Origin: Malacoraja senta
Lineage: Eukaryota
Direction of reading: 5' to 3'
Length of the DNA stretch: 64,000 nucleotides
NCBI GenBank assembly: GCA_038087875.1
Contig: JAXLNO010000259.1
Location: 186,001 to 250,000, forward strand
This document shows positions 50,712-63,609 of this stretch, piece by piece. The notes below the pieces were generated by a model. That model was given only the letters and a program-made list of their open reading frames with translations, searched no databases and had not been told where the DNA came from. A program made the position numbers and the translations under genes. How positions within the stretch are numbered: the first letter of the stretch is position 1; the number at the start of each line of letters is the position of its first letter.

Positions 50712-51891
50712 TCACCCCGACATACTTGGGGCCCAGCATGGGTCTTTCCGCTTGAGCCAAATCCACCGGCTGCTTCTTTCAGCCGCCTCTGAGAGTGATC
50801 TTATGGTCTTCCGCAGAGCCTGACCGTGGATTCCAAGCTCCTTCAGCAGTCTGATGGTAGATGACGCAACAAATCCTCTGCATCCCACTTCAACCTGATA
50901 GACTTTGGTGTTCCAGCCACGCTGCGTTGCCTCTGCTGCAAGCTCTGCGTAGCGCAGCTTCTTACGCTCATAGGCCTCCTCAACAGAGTTCTCCCATGGA
51001 ACTGTGAGCTCTATGATGTAAGCAGTCTTCTGTGAAGGGGACCAGAACACCAAGTCTGGCCTGAGGTTGGTGGAAGCAATTTCAGGTGGAAAAATTAATT
51101 GTCGGCCGATGTCCGCCAGCATCCTCCAGTCACGGGCCCTGCATTGGCTTCCTTCTTCTGATCTGGTGGAAGGAAGTTTAGAAGTTTTCTGTCCTTCTCG
51201 GACAAAGGTTGTTAACCTTAGGGGAGGGGGGTTGCTTGCTCTCGGAGGCAAGGAGTTGGTCGCACACCGCCTGTTCTCAAGGGCTGATGCCAGGCTTTTT
51301 AGTACTTGATTATGCCGCCACGTGTATCTCCCTTGCGTGAGGCTGGTCTTGCAGCCTACCATGATGTGTTTGAGGGTCGCTGGAGTTGGGCAGATGGCAC
51401 AGGTTGGATCCTCGCCGTAACACTGATGGAGGTTCTTTGGTGATGGAAGCACGTCATATGTCGCTCTGATGATGAAGCTGATCTTGCTTGCTTCAACGTC
51501 CTCCGCTCTGATGTTGTGGCCTTTCGCCAAGTTGGTTTACTTGTCGTATGGCCAAAGCCTCCTCTTCCCTGCTGGACTTGCCCCACTATGTCTTTGTGCC
51601 TCAGGGCTGATGAAGCTTGCTGTACTGCATCAGATGGTGTCCACTTCCGGCCAGTTGCTAGGGGCGGCGCAACAGCACTGATGAACTTGTCTCTAGAGTC
51701 CCTCAGTGTCATCTGGAGTCTTACTTTAGAACATATATTACTCTGTTAGACTAGTGAGAGGTAGTTCCAGGACCCCTTTGCCATAGTGGCCGATGTTAGA
51801 TAGACATCGTGGGACACCGAGCCATTTCTTCACGTATGAAGTTATGGTTCGCTCCATCTCTCCACAGTTGTTATTGGGGCTTCATAAACGG
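50712..51891 (-). pseudogene. Hero ORF copy 3, 5'-truncated, with ~136-bp internal deletion near 51494
   Basis: RLE domain ORF 50712-51530; gcttc|aacgtcc junction relative to copy 1. Confidence 0.88.
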
Positions 51892-54512
51892 ATGAATTTA
51901 TCGATGTATTGTTCAGTATGAGTTTTTTTCCCACTTATCACCAAACCAAATAGAATAACATCTCACTGTGCAACTCTAATAGACAACATATTTACAAACA
52001 GAATGGACAACAGCAGAAAGTGTGGGTTACTACTAAATGACATCAGCGACCATCTGCCGGTTTATTGTAATGTTTGTTTGTGATTATGTTAAGTGTAAGG
52101 ATGTTAATAAGATTAGATACAGGAGAGTAAGAAAAGAAGAATCTATAAATAAATTTAGAAATGTATTACTGACCCAAAATTGGAAACAGGTGTTTAAAGA
52201 GACTGATACCAACAAAGCGTATGAAACATTCCTGACAATATTTAAATCATTATATGATGAACACTGTCCTTTGAAACAACAGAACAAGAAGCAAAAATAT
52301 ATAGCTGGCCATGGATGACAAAAGGACTACAAAATACATGCAAAAAAAGAATATCTTGTATAAAGAATTCATAAAATTCAGAACTATAGAAGCTGAAAGT
52401 AAATACAAAAGATACAAAAACAAATTGACTAGTATTATGAGGAATAGTAAGAAAGATTATTATAATAAAATATTAAACGATAATAAAAATAATATCAAGG
52501 ACATATGGAATGTGTTAAATAATATTATCAGGGATGGATCAATGAATATAAACTACCCTCAGTATTTTGAAGACAATGATACAACTGTAAACGATATGAA
52601 TGCTGTGGTTAATGGGTTTAATAATTTTTTTGTAAGTGTGGGACCAAAACTGGCAGAATAAATCGGTAATCCACAGTCAGAAGAAGGAGAGGGGATGGTT
52701 GTGGATTTGTTAGACAGCAACCCAAACTCAATGTTTTTGAAAGCAGCTGATGAAATGGAGATTATTGACATTGTTAGTAATTGTAAGAATAAAAGGTCTA
52801 CAGACTGGAATGACTTTGATATGGCTTTAATCAAGGTAGTCATTGGTGTCATTGTAAAACCCTTAACTTATATTTGCAATTTATCTTTCAAAACTGGTGT
52901 ATTTCCATGTAAAATGAAAACTGCTAAAGTCATCCCACTATACAAAGCTGGAGACAGAAATCAATTTACAAATTACAGGCCGGTGTCGTTACTCTCTCAG
53001 TTCTCAAAAATATTAGAAAAACTGTATGTAAGTAGATTAGATAACTTTATCGAGAAGCACGAATTGCTAGTTGATAGTCAATATGGATTCAGGTCAAACA
53101 GATCGACATCCATGGCATTAATGGAGTTAATTGAAGACATTACCAGTTCTATAGATAACAATAAATATGCAGTGGGTGTATTTATAGATTTGAAAAAAGC
53201 ATTCGATACAATTGATCATCATTTGCTAATCAAAAAACTGGAAAAGTATGGAATCAGAGGGGTTGTACTAGAGTGGATGAGAAGCTACATAAATAAAATA
53301 CATCAGTTTGTGCAAATAGGGGACTGCAAATCAACATGCTTAGAAATAAATTGTGGAGTCCCACAGGGGTCGGTTTTGGGCCCCAAATTATTTATTTTGT
53401 ATATTAATGATATATGTAGGGTGTCAAACCTCTTGAAATTTGTGTTATTTGCAGATGACACTGATATTTTCTGTGATGGAGACAATTTGCAGCAGCTTTT
53501 GGAGGTGGTCATAACAAAATGAGTAAACTATAAAACATGGTTTGATTTGAATAAATTCTCATTAAATTTAAACAAAACCAAACTTATGCTGTTTGGAAAA
53601 CGCAAAATAAATACACAAGTAATAGTAATGATAAATAATGTTGGAATAGCAAGAGTGTAAGAAAATACATTTCTGGGTGTGATTCTTCATCACAAAATCT
53701 GCTGGAAACTCCATATAAAACACGTGCGAGGAAAAGTAGCACGGAGTATTGGAGAGATGGGGGAAGCAAGGCATGTTTTGAATGAGAGAGCACAGTATAT
53801 TCTGTACAGCTCACTTGTGTTACCGTATTTAAATTACTATGTGGAAGTATGGGGCAACATCTACAAAACCACCTTACAATCACTAAGCACACTACAAAAA
53901 AGAGCTATTCGCATAGTAAACAATGTAGGATATCATGAACACACTAATATACTGTATTTAAAATTACACACCTTAAAGATTAAGGATCTGGTAGCATTTA
54001 TGACTGCACAAATAATTTATAAAGCAAAAAATAAACTGCTACCTGTAAACATACAAAAACTGTTCAAAGACAGAGCGGGGGGTTATAACTTTAGAGGGAA
54101 ACTAAATTTGAAACAGCGTTATGCTCGGACCAATTTAAAAAGTATGTGTATTTCCATTTGTGGGGTGGTTTTGTGGAATGGTCTTGACGAAACGATTAAA
54201 CAAAGTATGAATATAATGCAATTTAAAAAAATGTACAAAAGATATATCTTTGAAAAGTACAGTAATGAGGAAGGAGAATGTAAATCTCACAGATGTTAAT
54301 GGTACTTGTTCTTTTTGTTCTTTTCTTTTTTTGTTCTTTTTTCTTGATTGGAGTAGTCTTATTTGAATTGTCTGTTTAGTTTATTTTCTTGAATTTTGCA
54401 TTTGTTAATGGTGAAGAATGGGGGTAGGACTTGACAAGCATAGGCTTCTTCCTATCCCTTTTCGAACGAGTCTAAAGTGTATTATGTTGAAATTGGCTTT
54501 TGATTTTTTAAT

Positions 54513-54640
54513 TTATGTATGTACATATATGTTATGTACATGTGTATGTGTGTATATGTGTATATGTATGTATGTATATATGTACATGTATATTTATGTA
54601 TGTGTGTATGTATGTATGTATATATATATGTATATATATA
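54513..54640. repeat. (TATG/TA/TG)n microsatellite in the Crack 3' UTR
   Basis: Directly visible. Confidence 0.9.
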
Positions 54641-54743
54641 ATTTTCCTTTATTTATTATTCATTTTCATCTTTCTTTTCTTCTTTTGTTTAATCGTTCGA
54701 AATAAAAGATATCATTCATTCAAAAGATATCATTCATTCATTC

Positions 54744-56055
54744 ATGTTTTGGCGATCAGTGAAACATGGTTGCAGGAGGGCTGTGATTGGAAACTAAATA
54801 TTACAGGATTTCGTTGCTTCAGGGGTGATAGAATTGGAGGGGCAAGAGTTGGGGTGTTGCATTGCTTGTCAAAGAAAATATTACAGCAGGGCTTTGGCAG
54901 GATAAATGAGAGGGATCGTCTAGGGAGGCTATTTGGGTGTAACTGAGAAATGGGAAAGGTGTAGCAACACGTATAGGGGTGTATTATAGACCGCCAAATG
55001 GGGAGCGAGAATTGGAAGTGCAAATATGTAAGGAGATGGCAGATATCAGTAGTAAGCACAAGGTAGTGATTGTGGGAAATTTCAATTTTCCACACATAGA
55101 CTGGGAAACACATTCTGTAAAAGGGCTGGATGGTTTGGAGTTTGTAAAATGTGTGCAGGATAGTTTTTTGCAGCAATACATAGACGTACCTACCAGAGAA
55201 GGGGCAGTGCTGGAGCTCCAGTTAGGAAATGAGACAGGGCAGGTGGCGGAGGTATGCGTTGGGGAGCACTTCGGGTCCAGTGATCACAATACCATTAGTT
55301 TCAATATAATTATGGAGAGGGTCAGAACTGGACCTAGGGTTGAGATTTTTGATTGGAGAAAGGCTATTTTGAGGAGATGCGAAAGGATTTAAAAGGAGTG
55401 AATTGGAACATGTTGTTTTATGGGAAGGATGTAGAAGAGAAATGGAGGACATTTAAGGGTGACATTTTAAGAGTACAGAATTTTTATGTCCCTGTTCGGA
55501 TGAAAAGAAATAGTAAAAATTGGAAAGAGCCATGGTATTCAAGGGAAATTGGACACTTGGTTCGGAAAAAGAGAGAGATCTACAATATTTATAGGCAGCA
55601 TGGAGTAAATGAGGTTCTTCAGGAGTATAAAGAAAGTAAAAAGAATATTAAGAAATAAATTAGAAAAGCTAAAAGAAGATATGAGGTTGCTTTGGCAAGT
55701 AAGGTGAAAGTAAATCCAAAGGGTTTCTACAGCTATATAAATAGCAAAAGGATAACAAGGAATACAATTGGTCCATTAGAGAGTGAGAGTGGACAGCTAT
55801 CTGCAGAGCAAAAAGAGATGGGGAGATATTGAACAATTTATTTTCTTCGGTATTGACCAAGGAGAATGATATGGAATTATGTCAGGTGAGGGCAACAAGC
55901 AGAGTAGCAATGGAAACTGTGAGATTCAAAGAAGGGGAGGTGCGGACACTTTTGAAAAATATGAAAACGGATAAGTCTCCAGGTCCTGACAGGATATTCC
56001 TTAAGACATTGAGGGAAGTTAGTGTAGAAATAGCAGGGTCTATGACAGAAATATT
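54744..56055 (+). mobile_element. CR1 (family B) copy 2, EN to pre-RT part
   Basis: AISETWLQEGCDWKLNI, GSSDH; near-identical to 10220-11230. Confidence 0.9.
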
Positions 56056-58400
56056 TTTTTTGCATTTCATATTTTTATTTTTATTTATGAACCAATTACA
56101 TTAGTACTCATCACGTATATCTGATTACAATTAATGTACTCCGTCACTTTTTTACACTGATAAAAAGGAAAGGTTGAGATTAAGAAAAAATAGAAAGTGA
56201 AGGAAAATAGTGGAGGTGTAAAAACGTGACAACAAGAAAGAACAGAGACCCTGTAGAAAAGATTTTTTTTTAAAGGATGAAGAGATAGATCCTAAAGAAG
56301 AAAATAAAAGAGAAAGAGGAAAAAAGAGAAAAACAAATACTTTGTTATAAGCATCACGCAAATGGGATATACCAACTCTCCAGCTTTCATCCCCCTTTAC
56401 CTGACCTCCGTTTTTTTAAAGTACTTTTGCACCCTATACTTGTAATAATTCTATAAATGCAGACCACGTGAGTTGGAAGTGATCTGGTTTACCTGCCAGG
56501 AGGAGTCTTAACTCTTCTAGGTGTTATGTTTCAAACATATTTGAAATCCACATGTTTATAGTTGGTATTGGAGCGTTTTTCCAGAATTTTAGGATTAACT
56601 TTTTTCCAGTTATTTACCCGTAATCTATTAATTTATTTTGAAACACATTTAGCTCAGGACTATCTTCCGTTGTTCAGAAGATAATCCATTCTGCTTTTGG
56701 TATCAGTTTTATTTTAAATAATTTTGTAAAGATTTCAAAAATTTCAATCCAAAATGTTTGAATTTTTGTACAAAAAACAAATTAGTGCGCTATAGTAGCT
56801 TCTTGAGATTGACATTTATCACAAATGGATGATACATTGAGGACAATTTTATTAATTTTAGTTTTTGAATAATATAATATATGTAAAATTTTAAATTGTA
56901 TTAAAGTGTGTCTTACATTAATCGAACATTCATGCACGTTTAATAAATGTTCATTCCACCTTTCCTTTGAGATTTTAATAGCTAATTATTCTTCCCAGTC
57001 TCTTCTAATACCTTCCCTAGATGGTATTTCTACATTTAAGATAATATTATACAAATATGATATTAAGTTTGCTGATTCAGCTTTTATCTGCATTTCTTCA
57101 TCCAATACATCTGCTGGGATAGTATAATGATCTTTAGTATATTTTTTCAATAGTCACATATTTGAAAATATTGAAAGTATTGATTATTTCCCAGTTTATA
57201 TTTTATTTGTAATTGTTGGAATGATAGTAATTTTCCAGTTACATACAAGTCACCGAACGTTTTAATTCCTAGTCTATCCCATTGTATAAAAGATGTGTCT
57301 GTAATAGAGGGATTAAACGAAGGGTTATTAACTATTGGGGATAAAAGCGATAGATTTCTTAATTTTAAATTTTGTTTTATTTGTTTCCAAGTTCTGATTG
57401 TACTATGTATAATTGGGTTTTAGATATAATTTATGTTATTCAGTTTCATTGGTGAGAGGAGGACCGCTCCAATATTACCAGAGGAGCAGTCCTCTCTCTC
57501 CATTACAATCCAGTCCACTTGCTGGGCAGAGTTGTCCATCAGTTGGATCATAATTTTAATAGTTACTGACCAATAATAATACATGACGTTAGGGAGTGGT
57601 AACCCCCCTAATACTTTAGCTTTGTTCAAGTGTATTCTTTGTATTCTATGGGATTTATAATCCCATATAAAATTAATAATGTCTGAGTCCAATTTTTTTT
57701 TAAATACTTTTGTAGGTATATAGGAATCGATTGAAATATGTATAAAACTTGTGGTAAGAAGATCATTTTTATTTCATTTATTCGGCCTATTAAAGACATC
57801 GGAAGCGTTTTCCAAAATGTAATTAATGTATTTAATTTATTAAGTAGAAGATCATAATTTGCTTTGAACATGCCTTGATATGTTCTGGTGATTTCAACAC
57901 CCAAGTATTTAAATTTTTCTGTAGCTATTTTAAAAGGAGATTTTTAAAAGATGTGTTGAGTCTTTCGGTTTTATTGACATAATTTCACTTTTATTCCAAT
58001 TTATTCTGTATCCAGAAAAGGATCCAAAGTCCTCAATTAGATTTAATATGTTTGGTATAGTAATTTGAGGTTTTGTAATGTACAATAACATATCATACGC
58101 ATATAAACAAATGTTATTATTTGAGTATTTAGTATTATACCCATGGATATCTGGATGTGTTCTAATTTTTCTGCTAAAGGTTCAATTATGAGAGCAAACA
58201 ACCGTGGTGATAATGAGCATCCTTGTATATTTCCCCTTGATAGTTGAAATGTCGAGGATAATATGTTATTAGTTAGTATTCTAGCTGTAGGTTTATTATA
58301 TAATAATTTAATCCATAAAATAAAATTCACTCCCAGTTGGAAATGTTGTGATACTTTATCCATATAATTCCATTCTACTTGGTCAAATGCTTTTTCAGCA
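56053..58400 (-). mobile_element. 5'-truncated degraded L1 inserted in CR1-B
   Basis: poly(T) at 56053; RGNIQGCSLSP, LPMSLIGRIN, GGLPLPN motifs; CR1 resumes at ~58402. Confidence 0.88.
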
Positions 58401-58442
58401 TTGGATGTTGTCTATATGGACTTCAGTAAGGCCTTTGACAAG

Positions 58443-58543
58443 ACAGGAGTTTTTGCAAGTTAGCTGCCCAATAGTATCGCCTAAAGTCAGGAAGTGCCAA
58501 ACCGCCGTCACTCTTAGGAGACTGCAGTATCGCCTTTCGGATT
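58443..58543 (-). mobile_element. L1 ORF2 fragment, left flank of DIRS-2
   Basis: Minus strand IRKAILQSPKSDGGLALPDFRRYYWAANLQKLL. Confidence 0.82.
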
Positions 58544-61500
58544 TTACTTCGGAGTCACGTGAGTGACTACGTGAAGAAGACCCCGTCCAGCCGCACACGC
58601 GCCATTATCGATCAGACGCATAGCGTTCATGACCGTGTGTGGAGGAGCAGGAGCTCCTCCAGCGGTGAGTAAAAAGCAACGTTAAAGTAAAAATCGGACA
58701 AGGTAAGTGGTTTCGTTTTTACTTACAGGGCGCTTTTCTTCCCGCTCAGACGTGTTGGCAGAGGTCCGCACAAACTCAGAATGGAGAAAGAGCGTAGGGA
58801 AAGGAGAGGCCAGGGACGCACCGCAGGTAAAACCCCCGATGCTAAGGGTAGCGGGCGTCAGGAAGAGGAGGCAGTGGCATCGAAGCCATCAACTCCCGTT
58901 ACGGTCGAATGTGCCGTTAAACCGCCGGCGGCGGGGCGCAAGGCTGGACAAAAGTCGGCCCGACCTGAAGACTTTGGAAGAGTCAGACCCGGAGGTATAC
59001 CCTCCCGCAGCAGAAAAGGTTATGGCTGCAAGGGTCGCCACTTTAGAGCTCCTGATGGGGATTTACAAAGAACCCCCACAGGAGGAATCAGGTCGGTGTT
59101 GGCCAATGGAGGATACAGCACAGGGTGTGACCTGGTTGGGAAAGGCACAAGGGTGGCCTACAGGAGAGCTATCAGCAATTACTGAAAAAAGGCAGTATAT
59201 GTGCTGGCCTACTGAAGAGCCAGTACCAGAAATGTCTCAAAAAAGACAGTACAAACGTACTTATGTGCCAGCACCGAAAGTTCCTAAAGGGAAAAGTATG
59301 AAGCGTTGGCCTAGAGTTGAGCCAGCGCCAGCAGCACCTTGAAACAGGGCTGCCTATCCGTGGGCCTATAAGAGAGCCCGCGCATGGGGAATCTGGCAAA
59401 GACTTACCTGAAACAGGGGAGCCAGAATTTACCAAATCTGTATAGGAACATCTAGATTCAGAAGATGAATTCTATGAGGATGAGAGCCCATTATCAGAGC
59501 TGAATGTTCCTGGACTAGCACAAAAGTTTGCTGTTCCTAGAATAAAGGGGGAACCTTTGAGGGAGGAAATAGCAATGACTATAAACTATCTACTCTCCCA
59601 TCAGCTCCAGGAAGTAACTATGGATGAGACTATGAAACAGTACGAGGCCCCAGCAAATTGCGAATTGCTGACAGTTCCAGCAATAAATAACTTGATTTGG
59701 GGTTATTTGAGCATTGGTTTACGCTCACAAGAATTGAAATTGCAACGTGTATTGAAATTGCTGGGGTCAGGCATCACGGCATTTGACAGAGGTTTGGATG
59801 ATGATTATGTATCAGATTCACAACAAGATGCTCTAGCACTGATGTGTGGTGCACATTTATGAAATAAATTATATTCGTAAAAATGCAATAAGACCAAATA
59901 TTCATCCTAAGTATGCAGGGCTCTGCAAACCAACCAACATACAAATGCCTAAGCTGCTGTTTGGAGAAAATCTAGCAAAGAAGCTAAAAGGACTTGAATG
60001 AAGAGTCAAGAACCTTGAGTGGCATGATGATGAAACCACCGATGATGAGCAGAGCGGTGCGAAGGCAGTATCCCTACAGGCGGAATACTGGTGCTGGAAC
60101 AAGCCGATCATTCTCGTATACACGTTGGCGTGCCGCACCGGGGATACGTGGAGGTTACAATGTGCCTACCAGAAGCGGACAATTGCCGGTGGCAAACCCC
60201 GAGGTAGGGGTCCTGGTCTGGTAAGGAATACAATAAATGTTTCACATTTACAAGTAGGGGAAGGTTACGATTATTCCTAAAAGAATGACAGTTAATAACA
60301 AATGATTCATTTATTCTAAATAGCATTGTAGGATTCAAAATTGAGTTTCTATCCACAATTGGATCCTCCAAGGCAAGAAAATTCAAACTGGTCACGGATT
60401 TTCTCAAAAGAAGAGAATAAGTTGATCAAAGGAGAATTAGAAACTTTAACCAAAAGGGGGTAATAGAGAAGTCAGTAGAACAACACCATCAGTTTGTATC
60501 AAATATTTTTCCAAGAACAAAAAAGAATGGTGGATGTAGAATCATATTGGATCTGACAAATCTTAACCTTTATGTACAATACAAACATTTCAAAATGGAA
60601 ACATTTACTAATGCAATTCAGCTAATCACATAAAATTGCTACATGGCAAGCATAGATCTGCAAGATGCATATTAGTCCGTGGCAATGCATGGTAATGATC
60701 AAGGATATTTGAAATTTAGATGGATGAGTCAGTTATGGCAATTTAAAGCATTGCCCAATGGTCTGATTTCAGCAACAAGATTATTCACTAAATTGCTCAA
60801 ACCAATTTTAGCTTTATTAAGAGCTGAGCGCCATGTATTAATGGCTTATTTAGAGGATATCCTCATTGTAGGGGACACTTTGGCTGCTGCAAAATTGTCA
60901 GTATCCAGAGTCAAATACATTTTTGAGAAATTAGGTTTCATTATTCACCTACAAAAATCTAAATTGTTACCAAGCAAAAAGATTGATTACCTAGGGTTCA
61001 CAATTAACTCCGAACACATGGTAATCACTTTGCCAAAAGATAAAAGCTGCAGTTAATTGAATGTTGCATAAAACTCATTAACGAGGACACGCCTTCAATT
61101 AGAGGAGTGGCAAGCTTTCTAGGCAAATTAATTGCAGGGTTTCCAGCGGTCACGTTTGGACCATTGCATTATCAATGTTTACAGAGAGCTAAGGTACAAG
61201 CGTTAAAAATGAATAGAGGGCATTTTGACAGGCCCATGAAATTAACAATTTAATCCATTACAGAAATAGAATGGTGGATGAACAATGTTTCTAATGCTTC
61301 CAGAAAAGTTCTGGTAGAAACACCTTCCGTCACTCTACAGACTGATGTAAGTGCGCTGGGTTGCGGCGCTACTAACATGATTTCCAGCTGTGGAGGTAGG
61401 TGGAATGTGAATGAAGTACCTTTGCTGGAAAATCTGGGAATCAATTACCTAGACCTATTAGGCGCATTTTACGGCCTTAGAGCTTATTGCACTGATATGG

Positions 61501-63609
61501 GAAATGTGAATGTTCAGGTACAGGTTGACAATACTACAGCTGTAGCATACATAAATCACATGGGTGGTATAAAATCAGAATCATGTGATAAATTAGCAAA
61601 TGAAATTTGGACCTGGTGTATTGCCAGGAAAATTTGGCTGTCAGCAATATATTTACCAGGTAAATTTAATACAATTACAGACAAAAGATCACGTAAATTT
61701 AATGATAATACAGAATGGATGTTAAATCGGAAAATATTCACACAAATTATCACACAATTTGGAATGCCAGAAATTGATCTGTTTGCATCAAGATTGAACC
61801 ACCAGTTTGCCTAAGTATGTGTCATGGGAACCTGATCCTGGAGCAGTAGCGGTGGATGCTTTCTCGCTACATTGGGGTGGTATGTTTCTGTATGCGTTTC
61901 CGCCATTTTGTTTAATCCACAGATGCATACAGAAAATTAAACAAGATTCAGCCTCAGAGATTTTGGTAGTACCAGATTGGCCTAAACAGCTATCGTACCC
62001 ACTGGTGTTAAAAATAATCAAAAAAACCCTTATGGTTATTCCAAAGCAGATTCAACTGCTTGTACACCCTGTGACTGATGAACCACATCCTTTACATGAT
62101 CATATGGTTTGTTGATTTACAGATTCTAAGAAGGCCATATCTTGGAAAAGGATTATCAGACCGTACGGTGGATGTTATAACAACAGCCTGGTGGAATAGT
62201 ACCCAGAAGCAGTACATCTCCTATATAAAGAAATGGGAGGAGTTTTCTTCAGGGAAACATATTGCATATAACCCAGCAGAAATTTCAGATGTAATAGAGT
62301 TCCTTTCTACTCTATACTATGAATTAAAATTAAATTATAGTGCAATTAATACTGCACGGTGCACTCTCTGCATATTTAAGCAGTGAATCGGCACAAACTC
62401 CAATAGGAGCACAACCTTGGGTCTGTAGGTTTATGAAAGGGATTTTCAACTCTAATCCTCCCAGACCTAGGTATACAGAAATTTGGAATGTAAAAGATGT
62501 ACTGATGTTGCTAAGGAATTGGAATCCAGTTGAAACTCTGTCATTATCCAAAATCAACACGAAATTGGTTATGCTCATGGCATTAATTTCAGCTCAGAGA
62601 GTTCAAACATTACAGTAACTCAGAATTGATAGAATGAAAGTAGGGCCAAATGCCGTGACATTCTATGTCTATGATTTACTGAAGCAAAGTAGACCTAGGT
62701 TCACAGGATGCAAGTTGGAATTTTTATCATATCCTACAGATCCACGACTGTGTGTAGTAACATATGTGAAATGTTACATAGAAACAACAAACGATTTAAC
62801 AGGCACCGAATTGGCATTTTCTATTAGTCATAAAAAGCCTCATAAGTAAGTGTCAACACAAACAATTTCACGATGGTTGAAACAGGTGTTGAGATATTCA
62901 GGTATTGATACTGATAAATTTAAATCTCATTCCACCAGGACGGCATCAACATCAGCGGCCAGGGATTCAGACAATAGACCTTATTCTCGCGGCCGCAGGA
63001 TGGGCAAGTGAACAGATGTTTCACAAGTATTACCATAAGGAGATTAAAGATCTCATAGGGTTTGGTCATGCCGTGCGGGATACAGTATTAAATCCCCCAT
63101 TATAATAAATGGGCCTAATTTTGTTACTTTTATTAAAATAAATAAAACCATTAACTGATTACATTCAAATGTTGTGGTTATGCATTGTTGATTGTGGTTA
63201 CTCAAATAGAGTCAATCGATGCAGTGAACACCTGGATTTGAATCCACGGTGTGAAATCACAGAGCTTTGAAATCTTCACGTAGTCACACGTGACTCCGAA
63301 GTAAAATAGTAAGATTAAACGAGAACTTACCAGTTTGTAGTTTGATCTTCATTTTATGAGGAGTGACGTTGAGGGATTACGTGCCCTCCGCTCCCACCCT
63401 CATAAACGGATCAAGCTGGTAGTTCTTAGTCTTTATGCATCTTACTATCATACTTCAGTAATTATCGTCTGTGATTGTCACTCCGCTGCTTTGAAAGATT
63501 GACGCGTGTGCGGCTGGACGGGGTCTTCTTCACGTAATCCCTCAACGTCACTCCTCATAAAATAAAGATCAAACTTCAAACTGGTAAGTTCTCGTATAAT
63601 CTTACTATT
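58541..63609 (+). mobile_element. Complete DIRS1-type element (copy 2), degraded ORFs
   Basis: Left ITR from 58542, ICR ~63273-63383, right ITR ~63505-63609; gag 58781-60200, RT/RH/MT 60200-62130, YR 62120-63105; att at both ends. Confidence 0.94.

Larger units (their letters stand above)
41791..51891 (-). mobile_element. Head-to-tail array of a Hero/R2-superfamily RLE non-LTR retrotransposon (2 full units plus a 5'-truncated unit)
   Basis: Units 41823-46372, 46373-50542 and 50543-51891; N-terminal CxC..H..C finger, RT (LDLANAFGS, AYMDD), CAIC..H..C knuckle, RLE (RHN, RPDL, IIELTVPWE, K..RY). Confidence 0.93.
40120..54743 (+). mobile_element. Full-length Crack/L2-group LINE split by the Hero array, (CATT)n tail
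   Basis: ORF1 from 40371; ORF2 IDPENN...HFNSRSL...ISETWL...GDFN (41097-41790) and TDEFID...FIDLKKAFD...FADD (51888-54299); atgt at both junctions. Confidence 0.82.

Noticed and set aside
41788..51892. acgga at both array ends as a TSD
   Set aside because: Collapsing it gives a frameshift/stop in the Crack ORF (NKHG*), and the bases overlap Hero sequence; microhomology with a small deletion is more likely
54418..54946. ORFs rich in Y/V/C/M/I
   Set aside because: Translations of a microsatellite
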